A stretch of 64,000 nt of DNA from Octopus bimaculoides (Eukaryota): NCBI RefSeq assembly GCF_001194135.2, contig NC_068987.1, forward strand, positions 72,180,991 through 72,244,990, written 5' to 3'. Position numbers and translations under genes: made by a program. Shown here one piece after another: positions 40,577 to 51,167 of this stretch. The notes under the pieces were generated by a model that saw only the letters and a list, made by a program, of their open reading frames with translations, was not told where the DNA came from and searched no databases. The stretch's first letter is position 1; each line of letters begins with the position of its first letter.

Positions 40577-43500
40577 TTATTTTTAAACAGGACTCAGCTA
40601 TTCATCTATCAATTTTACAGGTTGCAGCTGTGTCTGGAGATGCACGTCGTGCGTTAGACATCTGCAGGAGAGCTACTGAAATAGCAGGACGCAAGAATTC
40701 TGATAATACAGGGCAGAAACTAGTGGGCATGTCACATGTGAATCAAGCGTTACAGGAAATGTATTCATCTAGCCAGGTTTCTGCTATCAGGTAACTTCAT
40801 TCTTCAGTAGACTGCATAGATTGAAATTTGAATCATATTGTCTTACTATGACACTGTTTTCTCTATTCTTATGCCCTAATTTTCAGATATTATATTCACT
40901 CATACATGCACAAGCCATACATACATATATCTATATCTACTTATGATGCCTTGAGCAAAAACAAGAAGATGAAATGAATGAGAGGGAAAAGTTTAAACAA
41001 AGGTGGTATTAGTATAATGCTTGAGAGGAAGGAAAAGAGTCTTTGACGTATTGAATGCTATTCCTTCATCAGAAAAAGGAAAGAGATGGAGAAGGTGGTG
41101 AATAAAAAAAATTCAGGACTAGGTAAGAATGAGGTTCTATAGGGTGGTGTGTGGAAGAGAGGAAGAGGTAGGTAGTGAGCAAGTTTTGGAGAGTATCCGT
41201 GTATAGAGTGGGCATAGGGGAGGTGTGTATAGAGGTGTACAAGTGTGAAAGGTGGGTTGATTAGGTGTGAATGTATTGTGTGGGAGAGGTAAAAGGCAAG
41301 ATTGGAAAACCACTGAAGAAAACAGTATACTTGGTATATCTATCTACCTACCTACCTATCCAGTCTCCTAGCATCCCATTAGATTGATAAAGTATTTATC
41401 CAAAGCGATAGATTGATAAAATTGTTAGAGCATTAGTTGGTAGTAATTTGCAGTATCTGTTCCAGTGGTGGTTAACCAAGAGCATTCAGACTCAATGGCA
41501 ACATATAAATACCTTGACTTATGAATATATGAAATGTCAGTGAAGATAAATATTAGATACAGGCAGCAATTTTACCTCTGTATGTATCTGCATCTACACA
41601 CACACACACACATACACTGTATGTATGTGTCATCATCATTGTTGTTGTTTGAATGTCCACTTTTCCATGGGTCATACTGAATTTGTTGAGGCAAATTTTT
41701 CTATGACCAAATGCCCTTCCTGTTACCCACACTCACCTATTCCCAGGGAAGATTGGAAAAGAAAGACACAGCTTGTATGACAGTGATGCTCACAGTTATT
41801 TTGTGATATCAAAACAAGGAAACAACCACCAACACGCACATATGTATATACACACATATGACAAGCTTATTTCAGTCTGTCAACCAAATCAGCTCACAAG
41901 ACTTTCAACACCCAGGGGCTATAGTTGAAGATACTTGCCTTTGGTACTGTGCAATGACATTGAACCGAAAACTACGTGATTGAGATGCAAACTTAACCAT
42001 TCAGCTGTGCCTGCATCTTACACACATTTTATATATATATATAATGCTTCACCCACCTTTGTTCAAAATAAAGCTGCATAGGATTGTCTACCTTTAGATT
42101 TGAATGTGTTGGAATTGATTTAATATAAATCAACCTAATGCACATACCTGCTATACCAAAGAACACTAGGATACTTATCCAGTAGAAACACATGTTGGAA
42201 TGGAATATGAAGAGAATAAGTTATTAAATAAATTTTGAAGATCTATAATTCTCCATTCTTCATCATGATATATATATGCTAAACCTTACAAAGGAGATGA
42301 CAGAGGGCCGAGATATGTGTCACATTGCTGTACTTGAGAAGACCACCCGTCACAAAAGAATTGAGGTCCTAAAACCAAGTTGCCTTATACAAAGCACCCA
42401 GTACACTCTATAAAGTGGTTGGCATTAGGAAGGGTATCCAACCATAGAAACCCTGCCAAAGCAGACTATGGAACCTGTTGTGGCCCCTGGCCTTGTCAGT
42501 TCCTGCCAAGCTGTCCAACCCATGCCACATTGAAAATTGGCATTAAATGTTGATGATGATATGTATACACACACTACACTATTACATTACATAGTGGAGG
42601 AAAGATGTGGCATATTTCTTTGTGCATAAATCTAATGCTACCATATTGAAATGCTGTTGAATATTGAACACCTGAATAAAACGTTTCTCTCAAAATCCAT
42701 CTGTTTACTTAAAATTATAGAGCACTAATCACCTTGATGATAATGATATGGATGATGTCACAGTGTGTTGCCACCCACATGGGAACTCCGATAAATAATC
42801 TTTCTCTCTATTTCTATTCAGAAATGCATCTGAACAAGAGCAACTATTCCTTAGAGCCATTATTGCAGAGTTCCAGCGTTGTGGCTTGGAAGAAGCACAG
42901 TTTTCCAAGCTTTACACTCAACACATTTCTCTTTGCAGGTTAGAAGGTTAGTATCAAATAAAATCAGTGTAATTTGAATCAATTGATGTTGTGTTAGCAA
43001 AATGTCAAGCGAGTAAAATTAAAAAAAAAATTGTATAGGGGTCTGCCCAAATGTTGGCTGTTGCTTCTCTCAATAGTAACCTAATACACGTTTTTGTTTT
43101 TACTGTATTGACAATCTTTCTGCTCCATATTTCTGGCTCAGTTCTGATTATCTTTATTCTTTTCTGTGCTTTTAAAAAATTTTATATTGTTTCATATTCA
43201 TATTTTTCCCCCACTAGAATTTAAACAAAATGCCTTGAGTGAATTTGGTAGATGGAGACTGTGGAAGCCAATTGTGTGTGTGTGTGTGTGTGTTTGTTTC
43301 TGTGTTTGTCCTCCACTACCACTTGACAACTGGTTTCTTGGTTTGTGTACTTCCTTGTAACTTGGCAGTTTGACAAAAGAGAGCGATAGAATTAGTGCCA
43401 GACTTTAAAAAATAGGTACTAGGTTGATTTGTTTTACCAAAACCCTCGAAGGTAGTGTCCCAGATGTCTTTCCTCTTTGTGTATTGCTAATCATTCTACC

Positions 43501-45004
43501 ATGATGTGTGAACAGTGTTTTGTTGTTTACTTTGGAAATTCAGACATTTATTGTTTATAGCAGCACTTAAACTTTTTTCATTCATGACCCCATTTTTCAT
43601 CACGAGATTTTTCGTGACCCCAGATATTAAATATGACACATCACGTTAAATATTGTGCGTTTGTGAAATAACATATAAACTGAAATTCAAGTGTTTGTAT
43701 TTAATTTTCGCGACCCCAAATGGAGTCGCGAGTCGTAGTTTATGAAGCGTTGGTTTAGGGTAATGTTTTGGTTTTAATGCTCTATTGATGTTCTACCAGT
43801 TATCACTCAACTGTAAAGGAGAAAAACCTACCGCTACAGGAAGAGTTATCTACCTTGTTTTTTAAACGCTTTGCATAATTAATAGTTGTAATGGAATGAA
43901 ACAGTTGGGTGCAGCCGTTTGTACGCTGACAATTTGGTACGGCTGACTGGACATCCTACCTATTTTAACGACATTATTTTTTTGGTGCTGAAAGTAAACA
44001 CACGCACACTCGTACAAAAATATATACAGACAGATAAAATGAGAGAGTGCACCACTACCAGCCACCAAATGAATTGATCAACAAGAAAACTTCTCTACAA
44101 CCAATTTAGTTAAGAAGTTTGCTTCCCAGCGACAGTTTTGAGTTTAATCCCACTGTGTGGCACCTTGGGCAAGTGTTTTCTACTATGGCCCTTCAGCAAA
44201 TGTTTTCAACAAGCTGCAGACTAACCAAATTCTTGTGGGTGGATTTGGTTGATAGAAACTGATTGTATATGTATCACCTTATCTTGACATTGCATATTTG
44301 TAAATGAGTCTCACCATCATACAAGAATATCTCTTTTACTCTTTTACTTGTTTCAGTCATTTGACTGTGGCCATGCTGGAGCACCGCCTTTAGTCGAGCA
44401 AATCGACCCCAGGACTTATTTTTGGGAAGCCTGGTACTTATTCTATCGGTCTCTTTTGCCGAACCGTTAAGTTATTATTTATTTCCAATATTCTATACAC
44501 ACATGTTTGGCCATGGGCAGATATTACCTAGCTTGGAAACAAGTGAATGTTGTTGACAGGAAGGGCATCCAGCTGTAGAAAATCTACCTCAGTAATCCCC
44601 ACCTGATCCATGCAAGCATGGAAAAGTGAACATTAAAAAGATAACAATGATGGATGAAATATGTACAAGGGTTGAGGGAATCAACTAAAACTCTTAAAGG
44701 TTATGCTTCAACATGGTCATAGTCCAATCACTGAAACTAGTAAAAGTACAAAAAAAAAGAAAATTAATAGGTCTGAAGAGGAGATACACATGTGACATAA
44801 TCCCTTTTATTACTTTTAATTTTCTTTCTCTTCACAACAGGTCTTCCGCCACCCACATTTTCTGAATTGTTTTCAATCTGTTCCCGCCTGAGCTCTATGA
44901 AAATTTTATTATCCGAACATGGCCAGATGGATTTACAGATGAAGGTCCGATTAAACATCAGCCAAGATGACGTTTTGTTTGCCATGAAGGATATAGACTT
45001 ATAA
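8477..45004 (+). CDS. ORC1: Origin recognition complex subunit 1, complete 15-exon CDS, 2895 nt = 964 aa + stop
   Basis: join(8477-8583,13523-13653,17608-17786,20279-20594,22162-22507,25396-26020,29648-29727,30870-30971,33043-33214,34088-34195,35356-35505,36901-37020,40621-40790,42822-42946,44841-45004). All introns are GT-AG and phases match across all 14 junctions. ORC1 motifs: [14 protein letters not shown], Walker A GVPGTGKT, Walker [29 protein letters not shown]-terminal [12 protein letters not shown]. Confidence 0.97.
8988..8995 (-). promoter_or_regulatory. Consensus E2F site TTTCGCGC in ORC1 intron 1
   Basis: GCGCGAAA on the + strand. ORC1 is an established E2F target in fly and mammals. 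Confidence 0.4.
12300..12920 (+). mobile_element. Possible decayed hAT (Charlie/SPIN-like) 3' end
   Basis: Frameshifted FWF...FLLPFS resembling a hAT dimerisation domain, then a hAT-like terminus AGTTCAATACCCTTG. Confidence 0.35.
13523..13653 (+). CDS. ORC1: ORC1 exon 2, BAH domain start
   Basis: ttttag acceptor; [21 protein letters not shown]...FIAQIKDLY; GTAAGA donor. Confidence 0.92.
17608..17786 (+). CDS. ORC1: ORC1 exon 3, BAH domain
   Basis: attttag acceptor; [12 protein letters not shown]...NEIFL...ETIVGKCK; GTAATA donor. Confidence 0.93.
18451..18586 (+). mobile_element. 136-bp 5'-truncated LINE fragment
   Basis: 10-bp TSD GTGTTATAAC (18441-50 and 18587-96); TVSDREYW resembles a LINE C-terminus. 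Confidence 0.55.
20279..20594 (+). CDS. ORC1: ORC1 exon 4, end of BAH and start of disordered linker
   Basis: ttcttcag acceptor; open frame VQFCSMSG...YVVARSCDG...; phase-1 GTTAGT donor matches exon 5. Confidence 0.88.
20832..21051. mobile_element. piggyBac-type MITE
   Basis: TTAA TSDs 20828-31 and 21052-55; TIR CC(A/C)TTTAGCATT. Confidence 0.8.
21242..21996 (-). mobile_element. Decayed, internally deleted mariner (DD34D-type) in ORC1 intron 4
   Basis: Minus strand [42 protein letters not shown]; TIR-like end at ~21967-21996. Confidence 0.75.
22162..22507 (+). CDS. ORC1: ORC1 exon 5, disordered linker
   Basis: tttgcag acceptor; open frame containing TPK sites and RRGL; phase-2 GTTAGT donor matches exon 6. 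Confidence 0.85.
22786..23050 (+). mobile_element. RTE 3' UTR-only insertion
   Basis: Same UTR sequence as 466-1310. Confidence 0.75.
24480..24788 (+). mobile_element. RTE 3' UTR insertion, young copy
   Basis: CpG-retaining; nearly identical to 26190-26533. Confidence 0.8.
25396..26020 (+). CDS. ORC1: ORC1 exon 6, S/K/D-rich linker
   Basis: ttttttgtgtag acceptor; 208 open codons; GTAAAG donor. Confidence 0.9.
26190..26533 (+). mobile_element. RTE 3' UTR insertion, young copy
   Basis: CpG-retaining; (GAT)n tail. Confidence 0.8.
27783..27792. other. Assembly gap, 10 N
   Basis: N run. Confidence 1.
29648..29727 (+). CDS. ORC1: ORC1 exon 7
   Basis: tttacag acceptor; [26 protein letters not shown]; GTATGT donor. 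Confidence 0.92.
29863..29872. other. Assembly gap, 10 N
   Basis: N run. Confidence 1.
30870..30971 (+). CDS. ORC1: ORC1 exon 8, AAA+ start
   Basis: [33 protein letters not shown]. Confidence 0.97.
33043..33214 (+). CDS. ORC1: ORC1 exon 9, Walker A
   Basis: [16 protein letters not shown]...[19 protein letters not shown]. Confidence 0.98.
33521..33659. mobile_element. hAT-type MITE
   Basis: Perfect 8-bp TSD GTCTAGTC (33513-20 and 33660-67); CAGGCATGAGCAAC / GTTTACCCATGAATG termini. Confidence 0.8.
34088..34195 (+). CDS. ORC1: ORC1 exon 10, Walker B
   Basis: [20 protein letters not shown]...ILLVDE; GTAAGT donor. Confidence 0.97.
35356..35505 (+). CDS. ORC1: ORC1 exon 11, sensor 1 and arginine finger
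   Basis: [19 protein letters not shown]...[21 protein letters not shown]. Confidence 0.98.
36901..37020 (+). CDS. ORC1: ORC1 exon 12
   Basis: [23 protein letters not shown]...DAIQLAARK. Confidence 0.98.
37721..38599 (+). mobile_element. Internally deleted Tc1/mariner transposon, DD37D (maT)-type, in ORC1 intron 12
   Basis: TA-CAGG...CCTG-TA ends. Frameshifted transposase VWQQDS...[16 protein letters not shown], with 37 residues between D2 and the D3 position (now N) after correcting one frameshift. Confidence 0.85.
39625..39948 (-). mobile_element. RTE 3' UTR insertion running into the N gap
   Basis: (CAT)n followed by the reverse complement of the same UTR. Confidence 0.8.
39949..40537. 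other. Assembly gap, 589 N, in ORC1 intron 12
   Basis: N run between an RTE tail and (CA)n. Confidence 1.
40621..40790 (+). CDS. ORC1: ORC1 exon 13, sensor 2
   Basis: [22 protein letters not shown]... Confidence 0.98.
41041..41076 (-). ncRNA. Degenerate minimal hammerhead motif, probably inactive
   Basis: Minus strand TTTT-CTGATGA-AG-GAAT-AGC-ATTC-AATAC-GTC-AAAG; GAAAC has changed to AATAC. Confidence 0.45.
42822..42946 (+). CDS. ORC1: ORC1 exon 14, winged helix
   Basis: [27 protein letters not shown]...CRLE; GTTAGT donor. Confidence 0.96.
43561..43752. mobile_element. hAT-type MITE
   Basis: CAGCACTTAAACT / AGTTTATGAAGCGTTG termini; 8-bp flanks GTTTATAG and GTTTAGGG. Confidence 0.6.
44841..45004 (+). 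CDS. ORC1: ORC1 exon 15, last coding exon
   Basis: [16 protein letters not shown]...[19 protein letters not shown]. Confidence 0.96.
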
Positions 45005-45090
45005 TACAACATACTACTTCATTATTTTTATGTCTTTCTGAAGTCATGACAGAAAATTTTTTTTGTTGTTTTTTTTTTTCGTTTTACTCT

Positions 45091-45470
45091 TTCTTCATTC
45101 ACATGTATAATATTGTTCCAAATGTAAATAGTTTTAAACTTAGTCACATTTATTTTTAAGGCTATGGACATCAGAATCGGCAGAGCATTAGACAACATGA
45201 CTTTCAGTATTCTGGGGGTTTTTTTTTCCTCTCTTCATCCATGTGTAATAATATTGTCTCAAATGTAAATAGTTTTAAATTTAGTCACTTTTGTTTTTAA
45301 AGTTATGGACATCGGATTCAGTAGAGCACTAGACAACATGACTCTCAATATTGTTATTTTTTTCTCTGTCTCTAATGTAAATAGTTTCAAGTTGTTTTAG
45401 TTGTTTTTATTTTTAAAGGATACTAACATCAGAATCAATGGAGCACCAAACAAGCATGACTTATATTCTG
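45091..45470 (+). repeat. Three diverged ~135-140 bp tandem copies in the presumed ORC1 3' UTR
   Basis: AATGTAAATAGTTT...ACATC.GA.TC...GAGCA...ACAA.CATGACT repeated three times. Confidence 0.8.
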
Positions 45471-45575
45471 TTATGTTTCTTTACATTCTAAATTCAAAAA
45501 TCTTACTTGAAATAATTTTGCCCCTTCAATCCTGTGTCTGTGTTAATAATTGCTATTACTGAAACAGAACATTAA

Positions 45576-46084
45576 CCCTTGAGTATTTAAATTAGCTATA
45601 TCTGCCCCAAATATTTTACCTTTTTTGTGTTCAAACTAGCCAGATCTGCCTTCCCATACCTACCCTGCAATGTCATCATCATCATCATCATTTAACGTCC
45701 GCTTTCCATGCTAGTATGGGTCGGACGATTTGACTGGGGACTGGCGAACCAGATGGCTACACCAGACTCCAATCTGATCTGGCAGAGTTTCTACTGCTAG
45801 ATGCCCTTCCTAACACCAACCACTCCGAGAGTGTAGTGGGTGCTTTTTACGTGCCTCCAGCACAAGGGCCAGTCCAGCAGTGCTGGCAACGGCCACGCTC
45901 AAATGGTGTTTTTACATGCCACCTGCACAGGAGTCAGTCTAATGTTTTGTTCACATGCCACCGGCACAAGTGCCAAACAATCACACTATCAAAATCTCAA
46001 AGCTACTAGATGATGCATGAATAATTAAAAGCAATGTGAATAAATAAGCATTACATTTGACAGAATAATATGAATGCTAAAGGA
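45576..46084. mobile_element. piggyBac-type MITE interrupted by an RTE tail (~45672-45977)
   Basis: TTAA at both ends; same family as 20832-21051. Confidence 0.75.
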
Positions 46085-46555
46085 TTAATGTCAGATAATA
46101 GTGGACTGGCTGAATTTACACTATTTGTACCAGCAGTTTATGTTCTGAGTTCTGGGGATAAATAAGATAAAACACCAGTCAAATATTGAGGTCAATTTAA
46201 CTGACTATTCCCCTTACCCCTTTCCGATCTTGTGCCTACATTAGAAGCAACATCAGATGCAAAGTTTTAGTAACTTTCTTTATGACAGTTGCAGTGAAGT
46301 AGGTCTCTAGGAGGCTAGTTTACTACTTGAGGGGCTGGTTATTTGTTTCTGTTACTGGCACTGTGAGTTACATATAACCTTTGCAATGATTCATTTCACT
46401 CACTATGGTAATTAGTACCATAGTTGAATATAGTTAACTACTGTAAATAGTAAGAGCACTAGAGTTTTGCTAGTTTTGGTACCAAGCCAAAATCATCCAA
46501 AGGGACCCCAGAGGAGAAGTTAACAAAAAAAACCATTGCATAGTATGCTTCCTTT

Positions 46556-46942
46556 CATCATCATCATCATCATCATCATCATCGTTTGATGTCTGCTTTC
46601 CATGCTAGCATGGGTTGGACGATTTGACTGAGGACTGGCAAACCAGATGGCTGCACCAGGCTCCAATTTGATCTGGCAGAATTTCTACATCTGGATGCCC
46701 TTCGTAATGCCAACCACTCCAAGAGTGTAGTGAGTGCTTTTACGTGCCGTTGGCACGTGGTCCATTCAGGCAGTACTGGCAACAGCCACGCTCAAGTGGT
46801 GTTTTTTACATGCCACCTGCACAGGAGCCAGTCCAGCGGCACTGGCAATGACCTCGCTCGAATGATTTTCTAACATGCCACTGGCTGGTAACGATCACGC
46901 TCGAATGGTGCTTTTTATGTGCCACTGGCACAGAAGCCAGTC
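46556..46942 (-). mobile_element. RTE 3' UTR insertion
   Basis: (CAT)n plus reverse-complement UTR. Further copies at ~13920-14120, 19300-19590, 27331-27466 and 52940-53290. Confidence 0.75.
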
Positions 46943-47429
46943 TTCTGTACAGACATATTACCTAGCTTGGAAACAAGTGAGTGTTGTTGACAGGAGGCTG
47001 AGAAATTCGCTGTAATGTTTCACATGGATCATCTACATCCAACCAATACTAAAGGACATCAGAGCATGTATATCAATGACAAAGTCATTGATACACACTC
47101 TAGCCATCATTGGACTGGGCAGCTGACTTCACTGGCAGTGAGTGGTCACCGGAGAGGCTGGGGAGAAGTCTGAGACTCACAATATCTAATATCAAGGCAA
47201 TGGACATCAATAAATGCTTTGTTTCAAAGACAGTATACTATGTGATTTATAAATAATGCAAACAATGTGAAATAGATTGGCTCAGTAAAAATGTATATTT
47301 GCAACCCAATTTGAAATTTGTGTGTTTCAAATTTCAATATCTGGTATGATTACTGTTATCTTTTATGTAGTTTTAATATAGGGAAATAAATTTTGCATAC
47401 TTTAAAATCTTTTTTTCCTCTCTCTGTAG

Positions 47430-47820
47430 GTAGACACACAACAGGCAGCCACTCCTACCAAATTCTTACTATAAATTCTTCCTATGACCTTAACGATACT
47501 ATGTCCAACCACACACATACATAAATAACTACACACATACACACACGTGCTATCATTACATACACACACACACCTCCTCTTGCACTCTCCTGTCTTTGAA
47601 AAGAACTTTTTCTCCACCCTTTCTCTTTTGGTCATTCCAATATGTGACCGCGTGTACATCGTCGGTGATTTTCTTTCTCTGTCTTCCCTTCTTTGGACTT
47701 TTCCTATATTTCTGACGAAGATCTCCGATTGAAATGTTAAATCCTCTTTCTTTTCTTTCCTTTCCTGAGCGTCCAATAACTCTGTACTTATTCCACGTCC
47801 TCGCATTGTTTTTTTTTTCA
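47430..47820 (+). mobile_element. Short hammerhead-bearing repeat (Penelope-like terminus family)
   Basis: Downstream of the motif it shares ...tttcc-CTGAGCG...CTCGCATTGTTTTTTT with the 59320-59530 copy. Confidence 0.55.
47708..47742 (+). ncRNA. Minimal type I hammerhead motif, one CpG-type decay in stem III
   Basis: ATTT-CTGACGA-A-GATC-TCC-GATT-GAAAT-GTT-AAAT. Confidence 0.62.
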
Positions 47821-47970
47821 GTAATCAACATTATGTTTAATATTATGGAATTTTCAAAACAAGAATCTCAGATGCTTATTGTTTAGTCCAGGTCAACCTT
47901 CAGTAAAATTTGAGGGAGATTTGGTTGCTATTTGTACCAGTTCAATGGACCACACATATATTTCAGTATA

Positions 47971-48203
47971 AGCGGCGAGCTGGCAGAAACGTTAGCACGC
48001 TGGGCGAAATACTTAACGGTATTTCGTCTGCCGCTACGTTCTGAGTTCAAATTCCGCCGAGGTCGACTTTGCCTTTCATCCTTTCGGGGTCGATTAAATA
48101 AGTACCAGTTACGCACTGGGGGTCGGTATTATCGACTTAATCCGTTTGTCTGTCCTTGTTTGTCCCCTCAGTGTGTAGCCCCTTGTGGGTAGTATAGAAA
48201 TAA
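47971..48203 (+). mobile_element. tRNA-derived SINE, second family, CpG-rich young copy
   Basis: Head TGGCAGAAACGTTAG...GAGTTCAAATTCC; central GCCTTTCATCCTTTCGGGGTCGAT.AAATAAGTACC, which resembles the Meta/Sauria SINE domain as recalled. Confidence 0.8.
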
Positions 48204-48775
48204 CACATAAAAACATATCCTGCTGAAGATCATAATAAACTAAATTTTGTAATGGTTTTAAAACTGTAAACTATGTAAATAATCAAGAAAAATGTGCATT
48301 TCATTGGAAAACAATGTTACTGTAACACAAAATTAAAGCAAGTATGGCACACTTTCAAGATTAGCTAGGTATTGCTATCTTGTTTGGTTCCATATGGTAA
48401 TGTTATATGTTTTTGGGTACCATTTTGCTTGTATCTCTATCACAAGTCCTTCACTGTACTGAACTAGATTGCTGTCTAACCTAACAATTTCCAATGATTT
48501 TACTTTTAAGGAACCTTTGGAATGCATTCCATTATCTCAAGAAATTTCCACATATAATATTATATACCTTTATTGATATTTTTCTTTCGTTTTCATGAAA
48601 TTAAATTTTGGATGACTGTGTGGTTAAGAAGTTTGTTTCCCAACCATATGGTTTCCCATTCAGTCCTATTGAGTAGCATCTTGGGCAAGTGTCTTCTACT
48701 ATAGATCCAGGAAACCAAGGCCCTGTGAGTGAATTTGGTTGATGGAAATGAAAAGAAGTTTATTATATAGACATA

Positions 48776-48991
48776 CAAGGGGGTGCTACAAAGTTTCTGG
48801 CCTTGGGTAAAAGAAAATACAGGAGGATCAGTTAATTATAATTTTACTCAACATATTTCCCTCTCAAGTTCACATACTTATTGCAGCAGTCCTTCAGTTT
48901 TTGTAAGCTCTGTAAAAGAATTTGAAAGGTTGGGCCTCCAACCAGGCTTTTCACAATACTTTACAGCCAGATACTTTTCAGTACCCCTTTG
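48776..48991. mobile_element. Mariner-type MITE nested in a SINE
   Basis: TA TSDs; imperfect TIRs CAAGGGGGTGCTACAAAGTTTCTGGC / GCCAGATACTTTTCAGTACCCCTTTG. Confidence 0.75.
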
Positions 48992-49722
48992 TATATTTGT
49001 GTGTGTCCTTGTCTTGTCATAACATGATGGTTTTAAAGGAGTGGCATTATCATACAAGTAATGCTTTTCATTTCCAATCTTCTGTGAAACATGTCTGACC
49101 ATGAGAAAATATTACTTTGCTTGGAAACTGGTCACACAGACACATACATATATGTATATACAAGAAATTTCTTTCAGTTTCCATCTACCAAAACCACTCA
49201 AAGCATTTCTTGGCCCAGGTCTAAAGTAGCAGACACTTACCCAAGGTGCTGCACAGTGAGACTGAAGCCACATGGTTAAGAAGCAAGCTTCTTTTAACCA
49301 CTTTTTTTCCTCCATCCAGAAGTGATTCAATATGCATTTAATTTCGATATTAAAAAATTTTTTTTATATAACTCTAAGGGTTCCAGGAAACTCTGGTTGG
49401 GAAATGTTGGCCTAACCAATCAACTCGGTAATAGTGGAAAGATGTTATTTAGCTAGCCTTTGTCAGACAAATCTGTGAGCAAGGCAATTTCTGCCATAAC
49501 TGTCTCATTTCTTTATAGTGTATCTAAGACTATATTATGTGATGTGACTTTGTTTTGTTTTTTTAAGGTGATAATAGTGTGATTTGAAGGGAAAATGTCT
49601 GCTATTTCTAGTAGGCTTCCTCATTGTTTTCCCCGGATAAGCCCTGGTCCTGCATACTTGTGATCAAATGTTCCAGCTATGACCATCCTGTCTTGTTTTC
49701 CAAATGTATTATATCTAGGATT

Positions 49723-50112
49723 GTGGAGGCGCAATGACCCAGTGGTTAGGGCAGCGGACTCGCAGTCATAGGATTGCGGTTTCGATTCCCAGACCAGGCG
49801 TTGTGAGTGTTTATTGAGCAAAAACATCTAAAGCTCCACGAGGCTCCAGCGGAGGATGGTGGCGAACCCTGCTGTACTCTTTCACCACTACTTTCTCTCA
49901 CTCTTTCTTCCTGTTTCTGTTGTGCCTGTAATTCAAAGGGTCAGCCTTGTCACACTGTGTCACGCTCAATATCCCCGAGAACTACGTTAAGGGTACACAT
50001 GTCTGTAGAGTGCTCAGCCACTTGCACGTTAATTTCACGGGCAGGCTGTTCCATTGATCGGATCAACTGGAACCCTCGACATCGTAAGCGACAGAGTGCC
50101 AACTACTACTAC
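49723..50112 (+). mobile_element. Full-length tRNA-derived SINE
   Basis: A box TGACCCAGTGG, B box GGTTTCGATTCC, (CTA)n tail, 13-bp TSD TATATCTAGGATT (49710-22 and 50113-25). Confidence 0.88.
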
Positions 50113-51110
50113 TATATCTAGGATTACATTATCATGATCTTTTCTAAGACAGTAGGATGTTATTTGAGAGAAATTTTGCAATTATTTCTAGCAGGTTAAA
50201 CAATTATAAAGGCTTCCTTGTCAGCTCATAGTCGTAGTGAATAATTTGGTAATAGTTCACTGAAGAGAGCATGGATGGCTAGGTGGACTCAAGATGACCA
50301 ACCAAAGATATCATCTGTCTTTCACACCCTATCACCAACAAATTATGTTTGTGTCCGCTATAAGGGCGCATAATTCAGCCTGCTAGTTATTAACAGATAC
50401 CATAGATCAGGAGTAAACAGGTTCAACTCCAAGCGAGGGTATAATAGCATAGAGAGGGATGTGCTCTGCTGGTTTCACAAGACCCATTCTCAATACATTG
50501 TCTGAAGAGGGTTAACAAATGCAAGAAATAGGGGAATAAATGATAGCATTGGTGTGGAATTTTGGGATTGATGTTCCTCAAGTCCTATGCTTCGTTAGAA
50601 GAGAAGAGTTTTTCTCTTCATTTTTTTTTTTTTTTGTATTGTTTCATGCAATGGAAATTGCATGACTTTGAATAATAAAAAAAAAGACTTTTTCCAAAAT
50701 TTTCGAGTTTTGTTGTTTTGTTTTTAATCTTTATATTCTGTACCCTACCTCGATTCAATAACCTTTTCTTTCCCTATTGCGTATAAGACTTCAAGGAAAC
50801 AATTACGCTAAAAGTCCATTTAAGTGTTTATGGCAAACTATAATTAATTTGCAAAACTCATCTATTTTCCAATATAAACTATTAAACGGTTATTTCAATA
50901 CTTTGTTCTGTGTGTATTATACATTAGCACTATGAATATGTGTGGGTGGTGCATGTGTATGTGTGTTTATTTGCGTACGTGTGTATATATATATATATAT
51001 ATATATGCGCAATGACTCTGAGGAAGCAATTTTTAACAGTTTTAGATTGCGCTTCTGGCTTTTTAAACTGGAACATGTAATGCACACACGCATATATATA
51101 TATGTATATA

Positions 51111-51167
51111 TGGGATGGCCATCTTTTTTTTTTAACCCCAAATCGACCGTGACCAAAGGCCATCCTG
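51111..51167. mobile_element. 57-bp Tc1/mariner-like remnant
   Basis: TA-TGGGATGGCC...GGCCATCCTG-TA. Confidence 0.45.

Noticed and set aside
39793-40794. Long ORFs of 210-333 aa in the ORF track
   Set aside because: Artefacts of reading through the 589-N gap. Only 40621-40790 is coding (ORC1 exon 13).
49723-49800. Functional tRNA gene
   Set aside because: It is the head of a SINE with a tail and TSD, and no complete acceptor stem is evident.
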